Of a DNA stretch of 64,000 bases, positions 43,419 to 53,147 are shown one piece after another. Origin of the DNA: an uncultured Nitrososphaeraceae archaeon (GTDB taxonomy: Archaea; Thermoproteota; Nitrososphaeria; Nitrososphaerales; Nitrososphaeraceae). Position numbers and translations under genes: made by a program. The DNA lies in NCBI GenBank assembly GCA_963779615.1, contig CAVZZA010000005.1, positions 544,001-608,000 of the forward strand, written 5' to 3'. Below the pieces are notes generated by a model that was not told the DNA's origin, did no database searches, and saw nothing but the letters and a program-made list of their open reading frames with translations. Numbering within the stretch: the first letter of the stretch is position 1; each line of letters starts with the position of its first letter.

Positions 43419-44243
43419 TTAGTTGGGATTGTTCTCATTTGTGAGCGACTCTGGCTTTTCTTCTGGAAAGAGCAAGCGGCTTATTTCGCTCTCTGCCGGC
43501 TGACCATAAAGACCTGGATGTATGTAGTAGCCCCTTTCCTTATCGGGCTTATCTTCCTCAACCTGAACCCTATGAGTATTCGCCCAAGGATCCCTACGTA
43601 TACCAGTCACCTGCCAAGAGACTTTCATGCCTGAAGTCCCTCCTGCAATCTTGAAGCGACTGTTGTTGTTATTGCGGCTACTGCTACTGTAGTCTGTAGC
43701 CGTGTCAGAAATTTCCTTTGCAATATGCAGATTTGGTCCAGGAGCACCCACAGATGTAAGCTGATAGCGAAAATCCTTATTGAGTGCACCAAACCAATCC
43801 GGAAAATCTATTACGGCCTCACCCCTGTCATCCAATGCAACTATGCCATCATAGATGTTCTTCATATCCGGTGAGTCTACAAAGGAGTGGCAAAGATACT
43901 TGTTTGCTGGATCGAGTGGGTGGTCTATCTTGAATGAGCCCCCAGCTTTTGAAATGGAACCAGTTATTGTGACATTCCCGGCTAGGTATGCAGCATGGCC
44001 GCTTCCGCCGTGGGCATACATACCAATGCCGTTGTAGCTGTAGCCATACACACCAATGTATCTATGGCTGGAACCATACACGCCAATATTGCTATCGCTG
44101 TAACCATACACGCCTCTGTTGCCACTGCTGGAACCATGCACGCCACTACGGATATTGCTGTAACCAAACACCCCAATGCCTCCATCGCTTCTGCCAATCA
44201 CGCCATAGCCTTTGCCATCGTCGGCCCCGACTACAGACGACAT
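43419..44243 (-). CDS. Glycine-rich GVYG-repeat protein with conserved C-terminal FKIDHPLDP domain (fibre-like)
   Basis: About six 11-aa repeats (GVxGxSxxxx), then AYLAGNVTITG.ISK.GGSFKIDHPLDPANKYL.HSFV.SPDMKNIYDG...VSWQVTG.R.D. This architecture is recalled from bacterial fibre-like proteins. Confidence 0.75.
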   Translation of the reverse strand: MSSVVGADDGKGYGVIGRSDGGIGVFGYSNIRSGVHGSSSGNRGVYGYSDSNIGVYGSSHRYIGVYGYSYNGIGMYAHGGSGHAAYLAGNVTITGSISKAGGSFKIDHPLDPANKYLCHSFVDSPDMKNIYDGIVALDDRGEAVIDFPDWFGALNKDFRYQLTSVGAPGPNLHIAKEISDTATDYSSSSRNNNNSRFKIAGGTSGMKVSWQVTGIRRDPWANTHRVQVEEDKPDKERGYYIHPGLYGQPAESEISRLLFPEEKPESLTNENNPN

Positions 44244-44654
44244 ATTAGTGGACCCCCTTCCAACAAACAGGATTTTATGAGATTTGCATCTACTAACTGA
44301 TGTTTAAGAAAATAACTTGCACTTTCCATAAGAAATTCATGAAAATGTAATTATTTAATTCGTTCGTTCGCTTTATGTAAATTTTCATGGATTAACGAAC
44401 ACGCTGTTGCTTGCTTTGGCGATCTGGCTTGACATTAATGATACAATATCCAAAGGAGACAAGGTATTGATTCGATGGATAATTATTGGCATATCTAAAA
44501 AAGATATTATCTAGGCGTAAGTGCTGGCATTAAGCCTATAGATCTACTGGTTTTGCCATACATCCTGCCAATGGGGCAATACTAAAGTTCTTTGAGGTGG
44601 TGGTGGCCAAACCACCATATACCAAAGTAAATGTCATTATGGTTTCTAATATTA

Positions 44655-44716
44655 GCCGGGCCACAAGGAGATACCGGTGAACAATCTCTACAGGGTGAAA
44701 CAGGACCAATGGGCTT
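44655..44716 (+). pseudogene. Collagen-like (G-X-Y) fragment
   Basis: Translates GPQGDTGEQSLQGETGPMG; not part of any long ORF. Confidence 0.4.
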
Positions 44717-44959
44717 GGTAACGATATCGGCCCTCTAAAACAAACTCTTGTTCTTTGGGCAATGTTAAATTATTCAATGATTTGCTTTTAATGGGTGTTA
44801 TCCCAATAATGAAACAGACTATACGCTTATTTGAAGTTGAAATACTACACTATCTGCCGTAAATGGCATTAGTCTTGCTGCAAATCAAAAGATCTTATAT
44901 GACAATTTATCTCCATACTTATATAATTGTCCTACCATGACAAACTACGCCCAACATAA

Positions 44960-46690
44960 GTGGAGAGTCTAAGTCCTGATTATGGTGTTAAGCAAATCTC
45001 CCAAGCAACTGAAATAAAGAATCTTTACTTCGATCTTTTAAAGTCACCTAAAAAGGAAATAATGCTGATTTTGCCTACCAGTAATGCCTTTGAGCGTCAC
45101 GTGCGAATTGGAATATTTGGTTTATTAAGGCAGGTTGAAAGAGAGAAAAACCTCCGGGTTAGAGTTAGGATGCTGGTGCCAGTGGAAAACTTAAAATACA
45201 GTGAGGAAATAGTGCAAGAAACATTTTCTTCAAAAGAAAACTATGAGCAAGATCCCAGTAACAATATCCATATACGGCATATCGCCGAGCAACGGTCTGT
45301 CGACCTACAAGAAACCATCCTGATAGTGGACAGGGAAACCTCCCTCATAATTGAATTGATGGATGACACGAAAGCTGCTTTTGAAGAGGCAATAGGTCTG
45401 GCAACCTACTCTAACAGCAAATCAACAGTGTTGTCCTATGTCTCAATATTTGAAAGCCTGTGGGGGCAAACAGAGATGTATCAGGAGCTAAACCAACTAT
45501 ACAAGCGGCTCCAAGACCACGACAAGATGCAAAACGAGTTTATCAGCATCGCAGCCCATGAACTGAGAACCCCCATACAACCAATACTTGGACTGACCGA
45601 ACTCCTTCTTTCCAGGAAGGTGAACATCGAGCAGGAACAAGAGTTGCTAAACGTCATAATCAGAAACGCAAAAAGGCTGCGAATGATTACAGAAAACATA
45701 CTTGGCGCAACAAAAATTGAGAGTCAGCAGTTAAATGTTGACAAGCAATACTTTGGGTTAAATGACATGATAGCAAATGTTCTTGCAGAGAACAAAAAAC
45801 TGCTGGAAGGTGACAAACAAAGAAAAATAAGGTTAGAACAATCCAGTAATGATGACAACATTGTTGTAAAGGCAGATTCAGAGATGCTAACTCAGGTTGT
45901 TTCGAACCTTTTGGGCAATGCCATCAAATTCACCCAGAGCGGGGAGATATCCGTTAATGTTGCAAAAGACGACGCCGATCAACAGATTACCGTCAGTGTG
46001 ACCGACACGGGTCAGGGCATCGATCCTGAAATAATGCCAAGGCTGTTTTCAAAATTTGCCACAAAATCCATTGCAGGGACAGGACTGGGCCTGTACATAT
46101 CCAAAAGAATCATTGAAGCCCATGGAGGCAAAATGTGGGCTGAGAACAATCCAGATGGAACAGGTGCCACATTCTCATTTACGATCCCAATGGCAATTCA
46201 GCAAGGCCATAAGGAAAGCATGGTTGTCGACACTGTTTCCACCACGAAAAATGGCATTGGGGAAGGGGGAAAGAAGGGAAGTATTCATCATGACGCCCAT
46301 AAGGCAAAAACAAAGCGGATATTTTTGGTGGACGATGACCATGATCACACCATCACATTCAAGCTGGGTTTGGAGCTTGCGGGATTTGAAGTTGATGCGT
46401 ATAACGATTCAGCAGTCGCATTGTCAAAGTTCAGGCCGGACTACTATGACCTGCTGCTAATTGATGTCAAAATGCCAAAGATTGATGGATTAGAGCTTTA
46501 TGAAAAAATAAGGAAGATGGACAATAAGGCTGTGGTGTGGTTTATCACCGCATATGAAACGTATTACAGATCATTAAAAGCAGTCTCACCAACGTCAAAA
46601 GGAGAAATGGGTCCAGGTCCTGTTATTGAAAAACCCATTGAGATAGACAGGCTAGTGAAGCAAATAAAGACAGAGTTGCATCTCAGATAG
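44960..46690 (+). CDS. Hybrid sensor histidine kinase / response regulator
   Basis: H-box AAHELRTP, N-box NLLGNAIKFT, G1 DTGQGI, G2 GTGLGL; C-terminal REC domain (LVDDD, LLIDVKMP.IDG, EKPI). Confidence 0.93.
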   Translation: MESLSPDYGVKQISQATEIKNLYFDLLKSPKKEIMLILPTSNAFERHVRIGIFGLLRQVEREKNLRVRVRMLVPVENLKYSEEIVQETFSSKENYEQDPSNNIHIRHIAEQRSVDLQETILIVDRETSLIIELMDDTKAAFEEAIGLATYSNSKSTVLSYVSIFESLWGQTEMYQELNQLYKRLQDHDKMQNEFISIAAHELRTPIQPILGLTELLLSRKVNIEQEQELLNVIIRNAKRLRMITENILGATKIESQQLNVDKQYFGLNDMIANVLAENKKLLEGDKQRKIRLEQSSNDDNIVVKADSEMLTQVVSNLLGNAIKFTQSGEISVNVAKDDADQQITVSVTDTGQGIDPEIMPRLFSKFATKSIAGTGLGLYISKRIIEAHGGKMWAENNPDGTGATFSFTIPMAIQQGHKESMVVDTVSTTKNGIGEGGKKGSIHHDAHKAKTKRIFLVDDDHDHTITFKLGLELAGFEVDAYNDSAVALSKFRPDYYDLLLIDVKMPKIDGLELYEKIRKMDNKAVVWFITAYETYYRSLKAVSPTSKGEMGPGPVIEKPIEIDRLVKQIKTELHLR

Positions 46691-47135
46691 GCATCCCTTG
46701 TCAGAGACCTGATTGCATGTGCATATGGGGAACACGCATCGCGGTATTGCCCCTGCTGTTATTGCCCCATACCCAACTATTGATTTCCCGGCCTTTATCT
46801 ATTTTTGAGCCCCAATAAAGTAGTGAAACTGCAACGGGCCCGGAGGGATGTGATTCAAAAATGAATGGAATCTAAAGGTAGTTGACAGCATGGTGCCTTT
46901 AATAATCTCACCCATTATCTTTGATTGGTAAGTTGGCCCCTAGTGTCGCAGAAACATAACCCCTGCTTATATTGATGAAAGGGTTTACCGATACGGTTTT
47001 GTATATTTTACTCAGGTCATTGTGACATTAGATAGCAGTAGAGACTGATAGACCTTTCAACAGCTCCATACAAAGGGATAAAAAATCAAGGAATCAGGAC
47101 TTTCAAATTCTTTGGCTGATGTATAGGCGTCTAAT

Positions 47136-47260
47136 GTGATTCTAGCCCGTCAGGAAAAGGAAAGTCCTGTAATAAAATTCGCAGAGGCCGGCAAGACCAC
47201 AAGGGACACAGCACAATCGGGTCATGTCTCCCTGATGGATAATGGAAAAAAACATTATGA
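47136..47260 (+). pseudogene. N-terminal remnant of the multicopy HTH/coiled-coil gene family seen at 56671 and 63949
   Basis: MILARQEKESPVIKFAEAGKTTRDTAQSGHVSLMDNGK aligns with MVITRIQKEKRVIELCEQGKTIREIAEDVHMSFAAISS. Confidence 0.6.
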
Positions 47261-47325
47261 TTTGGGAGTCTTTCATGTGTTTTACGTATATTTTTATATA
47301 CTAGTTTCAATATTTTTTTTTACCG

Positions 47326-49569
47326 GTGTCCAATGCTGGAAATAATCCCAACACACAAAACATAAATGATAACCAAAAGACTGAAGTAATCTACAATGAC
47401 GACAAAATACTTCACAACATCATTGAAATATTTTCATCAACCAATAAATCAATTGATGTCTGCCTGGACAATATAGAACTGTCCATGCATGTTTTAATTG
47501 AACCTCTATGGTATGGATTATGCGATCTAAAAGTAAAAGGTGTAAAGCTAAGGATAGTTACGGAAATGACAAACCAGAACATTTCATTTTGCGAAAAAAT
47601 GATGCAAATCGCGGAAGTTCGTCACATGGATGGCATAAGGAGTAACTTTAAAATTGTGGATGGGAAGAAATGTCTGCTTTACGTAATATCCATGGAGAAC
47701 AGTCCTTCATCCCATGCCATTATAAGCAATGTCAATGAAATGGTAGACTCACATCAACACCTGTTTGAGACTTTATGGAATAAAGCGATACCTGCAGAAC
47801 AAAAGATAAGAGAAATGGGATGTGGACACACACAGGAAAAAACCGAAGTCTCTTTTGGAGTTGAATCATCCACAATAACAATACTAAACATTCTTCATAA
47901 TTCTGAACAAGAAATGAATATTTGTGCAGACAAGAGCTGGCCTTCTGTAGCCATGGGTGTAGAAGTTTTTAGGCTGGCAATGTTTGATATTAGCGACAGA
48001 CACAGTCAATCAAGGTTTATTACTGAAATAACCAAAGACAATATCAAGTTCTGTAAAGAATTACTAAAGGTAGGAAAACTCAGGCATTTGGAGGGAGTCA
48101 AAGGTAATTTTGCAGTTAGTGAAAAAGAGTACATGGCGTCTGCAACAATGAAAGAAGCACAACTACTAGTTCAGGTTATCCATAGTAACGTAAAGGCGGT
48201 ATTAGAATCACATCAATACCTGTTTGAGACTTTATGGAATAAAGCGATACCTGCAGAACAAAAGATAAGAGAAATTGAAGAAGGGATAGAGCCGGTTAGA
48301 ATAGAAGTTGTTAATGACAGCAAAAGAACCAAAAAACTTTACATGAATATGATAGAGAACGCAAGTAATGAAATAATTTTACTCTTTCCTACACCCAATG
48401 CATTTACCAGACAAGAAAATGCAGGCATAATACAATTATTAATACAAGTAGTGAAAAAATACAATGTAAAGGTAAGAATACTTATGCCATCTCCTCCTCC
48501 AACCATGTTAAGCAAACAACAAGATCAAACCCAATCCAAGGATGACTTATCATCGGGCGTCCGCAATTTAGATAGTTTTTTTAGTGTTAGGCATATTCAA
48601 CCAATGGTAGATTCAGACCCAAAATCCACAATTCTTGTCACAGACAAAAAACATTCACTAGTAATAGAACTAAAGGATGACACAAAAAAGACATTTGAAG
48701 AAGCCATTGGATTATCTACCTATTCCAACAGTAAACCGGGTGTATTGTCTTATGTTTCGATTTTTGAAAATTTGTGGTTAGAAACAGAACTATATGAACA
48801 TATTAGAAACGCAAATGAGGATCTTCAAAAAGCAAATGAACAACTAAAAATAAATGACAGAATGCAAAAGGAGTTTATCAACATTGCCGCCCATGAACTG
48901 AGAACACCAACACAAGCCATCTTGTCATTTGCAGATTTATTGCCGTTGTATCCAGACAAAAAAGAACTGGTCATAATGATACAGAGAAATGCTAAAAGAC
49001 TCCAACGATTAATCAAAGATACCTTAGATGTAACAAAAATTGAAAGTCAGCAATTAATAATGAGAAAAGACACTTTCAAAATTCATGATTTAATTTCTTT
49101 AATCGCAGACTACAGGCAACAAACAGAAAAACTAAATACAACAAAGAAAATAAAATTCTTCTGCCAGTTTCCTGAAGAAGAAAACGTTTTCCTTATTGGT
49201 GATAAGGAACGAATATCGGAGGTTATTTCAAACATAATAGATAATGCCATCAAGTTTATTGAAAAGGAAGGGTCTATACACATCCATGCAAAAGTAGAAA
49301 AGAAAGAGAACAACGACAATGATTTTTCCATTAACAATTACGTTTTGGTTAAGATAAAAGACACCGGAGTTGGCATATCTGAAGAAATATTTCCAAGGCT
49401 ATTTACAAGATTTGCCTCCAAGTCCATCAATGGAATTGGCCTTGGTTTGTACATCTCCAGAAGCATTATTGAAGCTCATGGCGGCAAGATATGGGCAGAA
49501 AACAACAAAAATGGCAATGGCGCAACGTTTACTATTAGGTTACCATTATATAGAAACAACAAAATCTAG
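47326..49569 (+). CDS. Cytoplasmic sensor histidine kinase with repeated N-terminal (TrmB/PLD-like) sensor modules
   Basis: Two ~153-aa modules (R..TEIT..NI.FC..L....RH..G...NF) plus a third related module; then AAHELRTP, DNAIKF, DTGVGI, GLGLYIS. No TM segments. Confidence 0.93.
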   Translation: MSNAGNNPNTQNINDNQKTEVIYNDDKILHNIIEIFSSTNKSIDVCLDNIELSMHVLIEPLWYGLCDLKVKGVKLRIVTEMTNQNISFCEKMMQIAEVRHMDGIRSNFKIVDGKKCLLYVISMENSPSSHAIISNVNEMVDSHQHLFETLWNKAIPAEQKIREMGCGHTQEKTEVSFGVESSTITILNILHNSEQEMNICADKSWPSVAMGVEVFRLAMFDISDRHSQSRFITEITKDNIKFCKELLKVGKLRHLEGVKGNFAVSEKEYMASATMKEAQLLVQVIHSNVKAVLESHQYLFETLWNKAIPAEQKIREIEEGIEPVRIEVVNDSKRTKKLYMNMIENASNEIILLFPTPNAFTRQENAGIIQLLIQVVKKYNVKVRILMPSPPPTMLSKQQDQTQSKDDLSSGVRNLDSFFSVRHIQPMVDSDPKSTILVTDKKHSLVIELKDDTKKTFEEAIGLSTYSNSKPGVLSYVSIFENLWLETELYEHIRNANEDLQKANEQLKINDRMQKEFINIAAHELRTPTQAILSFADLLPLYPDKKELVIMIQRNAKRLQRLIKDTLDVTKIESQQLIMRKDTFKIHDLISLIADYRQQTEKLNTTKKIKFFCQFPEEENVFLIGDKERISEVISNIIDNAIKFIEKEGSIHIHAKVEKKENNDNDFSINNYVLVKIKDTGVGISEEIFPRLFTRFASKSINGIGLGLYISRSIIEAHGGKIWAENNKNGNGATFTIRLPLYRNNKI
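47749..48275 (+). repeat. 68-bp direct repeat (47749-47816 and 48208-48275) ending each sensor module
   Basis: tcacatcaa(c/t)acctgtttgagactttatggaataaagcgatacctgcagaacaaaagataagagaaat; one mismatch; offset 459 nt. Confidence 0.9.
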
Positions 49570-49595
49570 TATGAACATAAGCAGGAGAAATAAAC

Positions 49596-49979
49596 TTGAA
49601 GAATGAAAACAAGAAAATTTTAATTGTGGATGACGAAACAGACCTCACATTAGCTTTTAAATTGCTTTTGAAACTGGAGGGTTTTGAGGTGGACACTTTC
49701 AATGACCCAGTTTTAGCGTTATCAAAATTCACCTCAAACTATTATGATGTTGCATTTCTGGATATAAAAATGCCAAAAATGGATGGTTTCTCCCTATACA
49801 AAGAAATAATCAAAAGGGATAATAAAGTAAAAGTATACTTCTTAACCGCTAGCGAAGAGTATTATGAAACATTTCGAAAAGAAGAATTTGCAAAAATAGA
49901 CAAGGATTTGTTTATACAAAAACCAATTGACAATCAGGAACTTGTAAAACGAATCTATCAAATTTTAGATCAAAAATAA
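49596..49979 (+). CDS. Stand-alone response regulator (REC domain)
   Basis: LIVDDE, FLDIKMPKMDG, FLTA, QKP. Confidence 0.93.
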   Translation: MKNENKKILIVDDETDLTLAFKLLLKLEGFEVDTFNDPVLALSKFTSNYYDVAFLDIKMPKMDGFSLYKEIIKRDNKVKVYFLTASEEYYETFRKEEFAKIDKDLFIQKPIDNQELVKRIYQILDQK

Positions 49980-50445
49980 ACGGACTATATATAGTCATAG
50001 ACAACAACAACAAATTTTTTTTCACAAGCCAATATTTTGAAAGATATTTTAACAATATTGACTGTAGGTATTGGGTCTTGGAATTGAGATCTGTCATGCC
50101 GTCTCAAGACCTTTAAAGACTTGCGTCAAAAGCCTACAGACTTTTATAAAAGTAATATTTATACGCAAAGGAGTCTCAAATTGTTTACCAATGCGGCATT
50201 TTTTGCCTAATTTTTGAACTTATTTCCCTAATTTGCATGCTTGATAGCAATCTAGTTATTTGACCTTTGGGTACAAGGCTCTGCAAGGGCAAGGGTTTCA
50301 ACATATTTAATTAGATAATTTGAAGGGATCAGATCGTTTATCAAATATTGGATATTAAACACGCATATCAACAAATGCAATACAAGCAACCCTCACTGCG
50401 ATATCAGTTAACCTGGTTGGAACTACCTCCAAGACCCGGTACGGA

Positions 50446-51540
50446 TTACCGTGTGCCCTTGTCCAGCAAAGACAATAGATCAGAAAGGTGAAACGGTTTT
50501 ACAAGTATCTGGTTATTGTCAACACCACCAATCGAGTCAAGGATGTCCTCTTTAACACAAGCAGAAGGTAGTGTGCTTGTGAAGACAATTTTCTGATCTG
50601 CCTTTCCCATGATGATCTTTTTGGCAACCTGGCTGCATGGGATGTCATTAAGGTGTGTGTCCAAAATAACGATGTCAAAGCCTCCACTCTTGTCCTTGTT
50701 TTTTCCTGCTTCCTTATATGTGGCCTTGAGAATCTCATCCAGGCATTTCTTGCCACCATCAGTAATTACTGCATTGAAGCCCATCGAAGCTAGCCAAATG
50801 CCATACACCTGCTGAAGATCGGGATCAGGCTCCACAACAAGAATCCGCAGTGACGGTGATTCTACCTCAGGCGAGAAAGAAGATGGAACTGATGATAGTC
50901 CTGCATGTTTATTGGGTGTAGATGGACTATAGGCAAAAACACAATCGGCAGTTTCCATAGTTATGCTGTGGTTATGGGAAATCTGATCTCTGTATTGAGC
51001 AAAAGGATGTTTGTTCAAAATGGAGCCAGGATGGGGGCATATAACATTAAGGCTATAACTTTGCTTTTGCTTTTCTTGCTGCTGTTGCTGATCTTGTAGC
51101 CACTGCACATAGGAGTCCTGCCACCATTTCTCCACCATGTCGCATTTTTCAAAATGCTTGTTTCTTGAAAGGTAATCGGCACAGTCGGCAACAATCAATA
51201 CACCTCTGTGATCTCCATTCTCTTTTAGTTCCTGCAGTAATCGCGCCTTGAAATCCTCAAATGGCGTCAAGTCGCCTACTAACGCAGAATCATAAAACGG
51301 TTTCAAATCCACAACCAACAAATTCCCTTTATCGATGTTTTCATTGTAATTATCAACTTGCAAGGATATTTTTTGCAGGTGAGACGAATCCTGGGCATCA
51401 ACAGAGGCATATACGCACAGCTGCTTTTCCTTCAGTCCCTGGTTGATATAATTCACCGAGGCAAGGTTGCGATCAGAATCGCTATTGTATAAAAGCATAA
51501 CATGTTGACTGCGAGAATGGAGTTCAATGGTACCAGACAT
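50446..51540 (-). CDS. MEDS-domain plus REC-domain response regulator
   Basis: N-terminal MEDS-like region (H.MLLY...YINQGL...C.Y; C.H); C-terminal REC (LVVEPD, ILDT, KPF). Confidence 0.8.
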   Translation of the reverse strand: MSGTIELHSRSQHVMLLYNSDSDRNLASVNYINQGLKEKQLCVYASVDAQDSSHLQKISLQVDNYNENIDKGNLLVVDLKPFYDSALVGDLTPFEDFKARLLQELKENGDHRGVLIVADCADYLSRNKHFEKCDMVEKWWQDSYVQWLQDQQQQQEKQKQSYSLNVICPHPGSILNKHPFAQYRDQISHNHSITMETADCVFAYSPSTPNKHAGLSSVPSSFSPEVESPSLRILVVEPDPDLQQVYGIWLASMGFNAVITDGGKKCLDEILKATYKEAGKNKDKSGGFDIVILDTHLNDIPCSQVAKKIIMGKADQKIVFTSTLPSACVKEDILDSIGGVDNNQILVKPFHLSDLLSLLDKGTR

Positions 51541-51938
51541 CTAGCAATATGCGCCTCCGCCTCCGGTATTTGCATTCCAAACATCATGGTGACATTCTTG
51601 CAGCTGCTCTAGTTGCTTTGGGTTCAATGAGTTGATGGATTCAGTTAAAAAGGCGCACACACCAATCAACGGAAGTTCAAACCTTTTGCCCAGCATTGAT
51701 TCACACTTTAGCAAATCCATGGTAAACCCACACTTAAAAAAGGCAGACATGTCACTGAATATTCTGATGGCTCTTTTTCCCTTGGAAATCGCAAGGTCAA
51801 CCATTGCCACAAACATTGCAACGTTTCATCCTCAAAAGTTGGGAAAATGGCAATTGTGTGATGTCCGACTTGGACTGTTTCTGTTCTTTTCCTTGATGAT
51901 GATGACACCAAACCAAATCGATAATTCATATGATACAT
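51541..51938 (-). pseudogene. MEDS-domain protein with internal deletion and frameshift
   Basis: An N-terminal piece (VGHHTIAIFPTFEDET) in one frame abuts the C-terminal piece (GKRAIRIFSDMSAFF...E..L...FELPL.G.CA....L.ECH) in another, and the middle of the domain is absent. Its TAG directly precedes the ATG of 50446..51540. Confidence 0.6.
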
Positions 51939-52279
51939 CTAAACTTAAAAAGCTATGTTGAAATGAGGTTTCAGCCTGAAATAATTTTTTTATGGGCATA
52001 AAAAAATGGAAGGCAGAATGACCTGTTTACAGCGTTTTTTCCAAGAAAAATGAATGTTTTGGTGCTGAGGACAACAAAAACACAAATTCGGTCTTTCATT
52101 AGCCCAGATTGGCTATAAAATCTGCTTTATGTGCGTTAACCGTAATTTATAAGACATTTGACCAGTTTGAAAGAAGATGCATCAAACCATATACCCAAAC
52201 AAGTAGATTTTTCAACGGCAGAAACAAAATAGCGAATGTTCTTTCTATTCACTCATCCCCACCCCACCTCTACTCAAAT

Positions 52280-52552
52280 TCATGGCAATAAGGATGCTGA
52301 ATTTCTTTTATCTTTTATGAACTCTATAATAGTATGAACAGGGTCTACGTTGTTCTCATACAAAATTTCCAATAGGTTCAGTGGGTTTTTATGATTAAAA
52401 ATTCGCCGGTTTTTCACAGCGACAAACTCGTTTCTGTATTTACGGTAAAACTCATCATAATTGTCATTAAAATAGTCAAAATCCTTGTCATATTCTCTTA
52501 ACTGTTCTAACTCATTGTTATCAATAACAATACTCTTATCCAATAGTACCAT
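52280..52552 (-). CDS. Small hypothetical protein (DUF5678-like)
   Basis: YF.DNY..F..KY.NEFVAVK...I; 90 aa. Confidence 0.55.
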   Translation of the reverse strand: MVLLDKSIVIDNNELEQLREYDKDFDYFNDNYDEFYRKYRNEFVAVKNRRIFNHKNPLNLLEILYENNVDPVHTIIEFIKDKRNSASLLP

Positions 52553-53147
52553 AGATTAGATCTGTTTAGAAATACTTTTTGACATCAAAAGCTATCACAT
52601 AATACCATTATAAAATTATGCAAAGGAATAATCAATTGTTGTTCACGCAACCATGAAACCACCCTTTAGCCACCAACCACCTGTCCCCTGGCCATTGATG
52701 ACCTCTGTTTGTTACTGTTGTGCAAAAGACCGTTATCTCAATTATAACTCTTTCAGTCTCGCAAGCATTGCATTCGCTATCAACCAAAGTTCAATTTGTT
52801 TTTCATTTTCACTTCACCCTGCAAGCTGATAAAACAGACCTTGTTTGCCTAAGCATAACATACAAGTTCCAAATTTTTCAACAAAGGTAAATCATGCTGA
52901 TTGAAGCTCTTTACAGTATTGTGCATGGTGTCCTGTTTCTTCCTTATTTATATAATGAACGTTCGGGCGCCATTGCTTCAATGAATGATGTTGCCTAATT
53001 CCCACACCATAACGTAAAAAAAGGATATGACGCTTCCTTAAACCCTTTGCTGCCAGATTTGGTGGATTTTATTATTCATGCCCATTTGTTATCATTTTCA
53101 ATATTGGTAAAGGCATATTATTATAGAGCTTGACTTGTTAAAATGAT

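Noticed and set aside
43990-44220. 33-nt periodic repeats (accatacacgcc) as a mini-CRISPR
   Set aside because: Degenerate, too short a period, and fully explained by the 11-aa GVYG protein repeat.
50140-50153. Perfect palindrome ACTTTTATAAAAGT
   Set aside because: Almost all A/T, single occurrence between convergent genes; plausible by chance.
52060-52260. Possible IS6-type transposase relic (MKDR-like motif)
   Set aside because: Similarity is limited to a few residues and is not supportable without a search.
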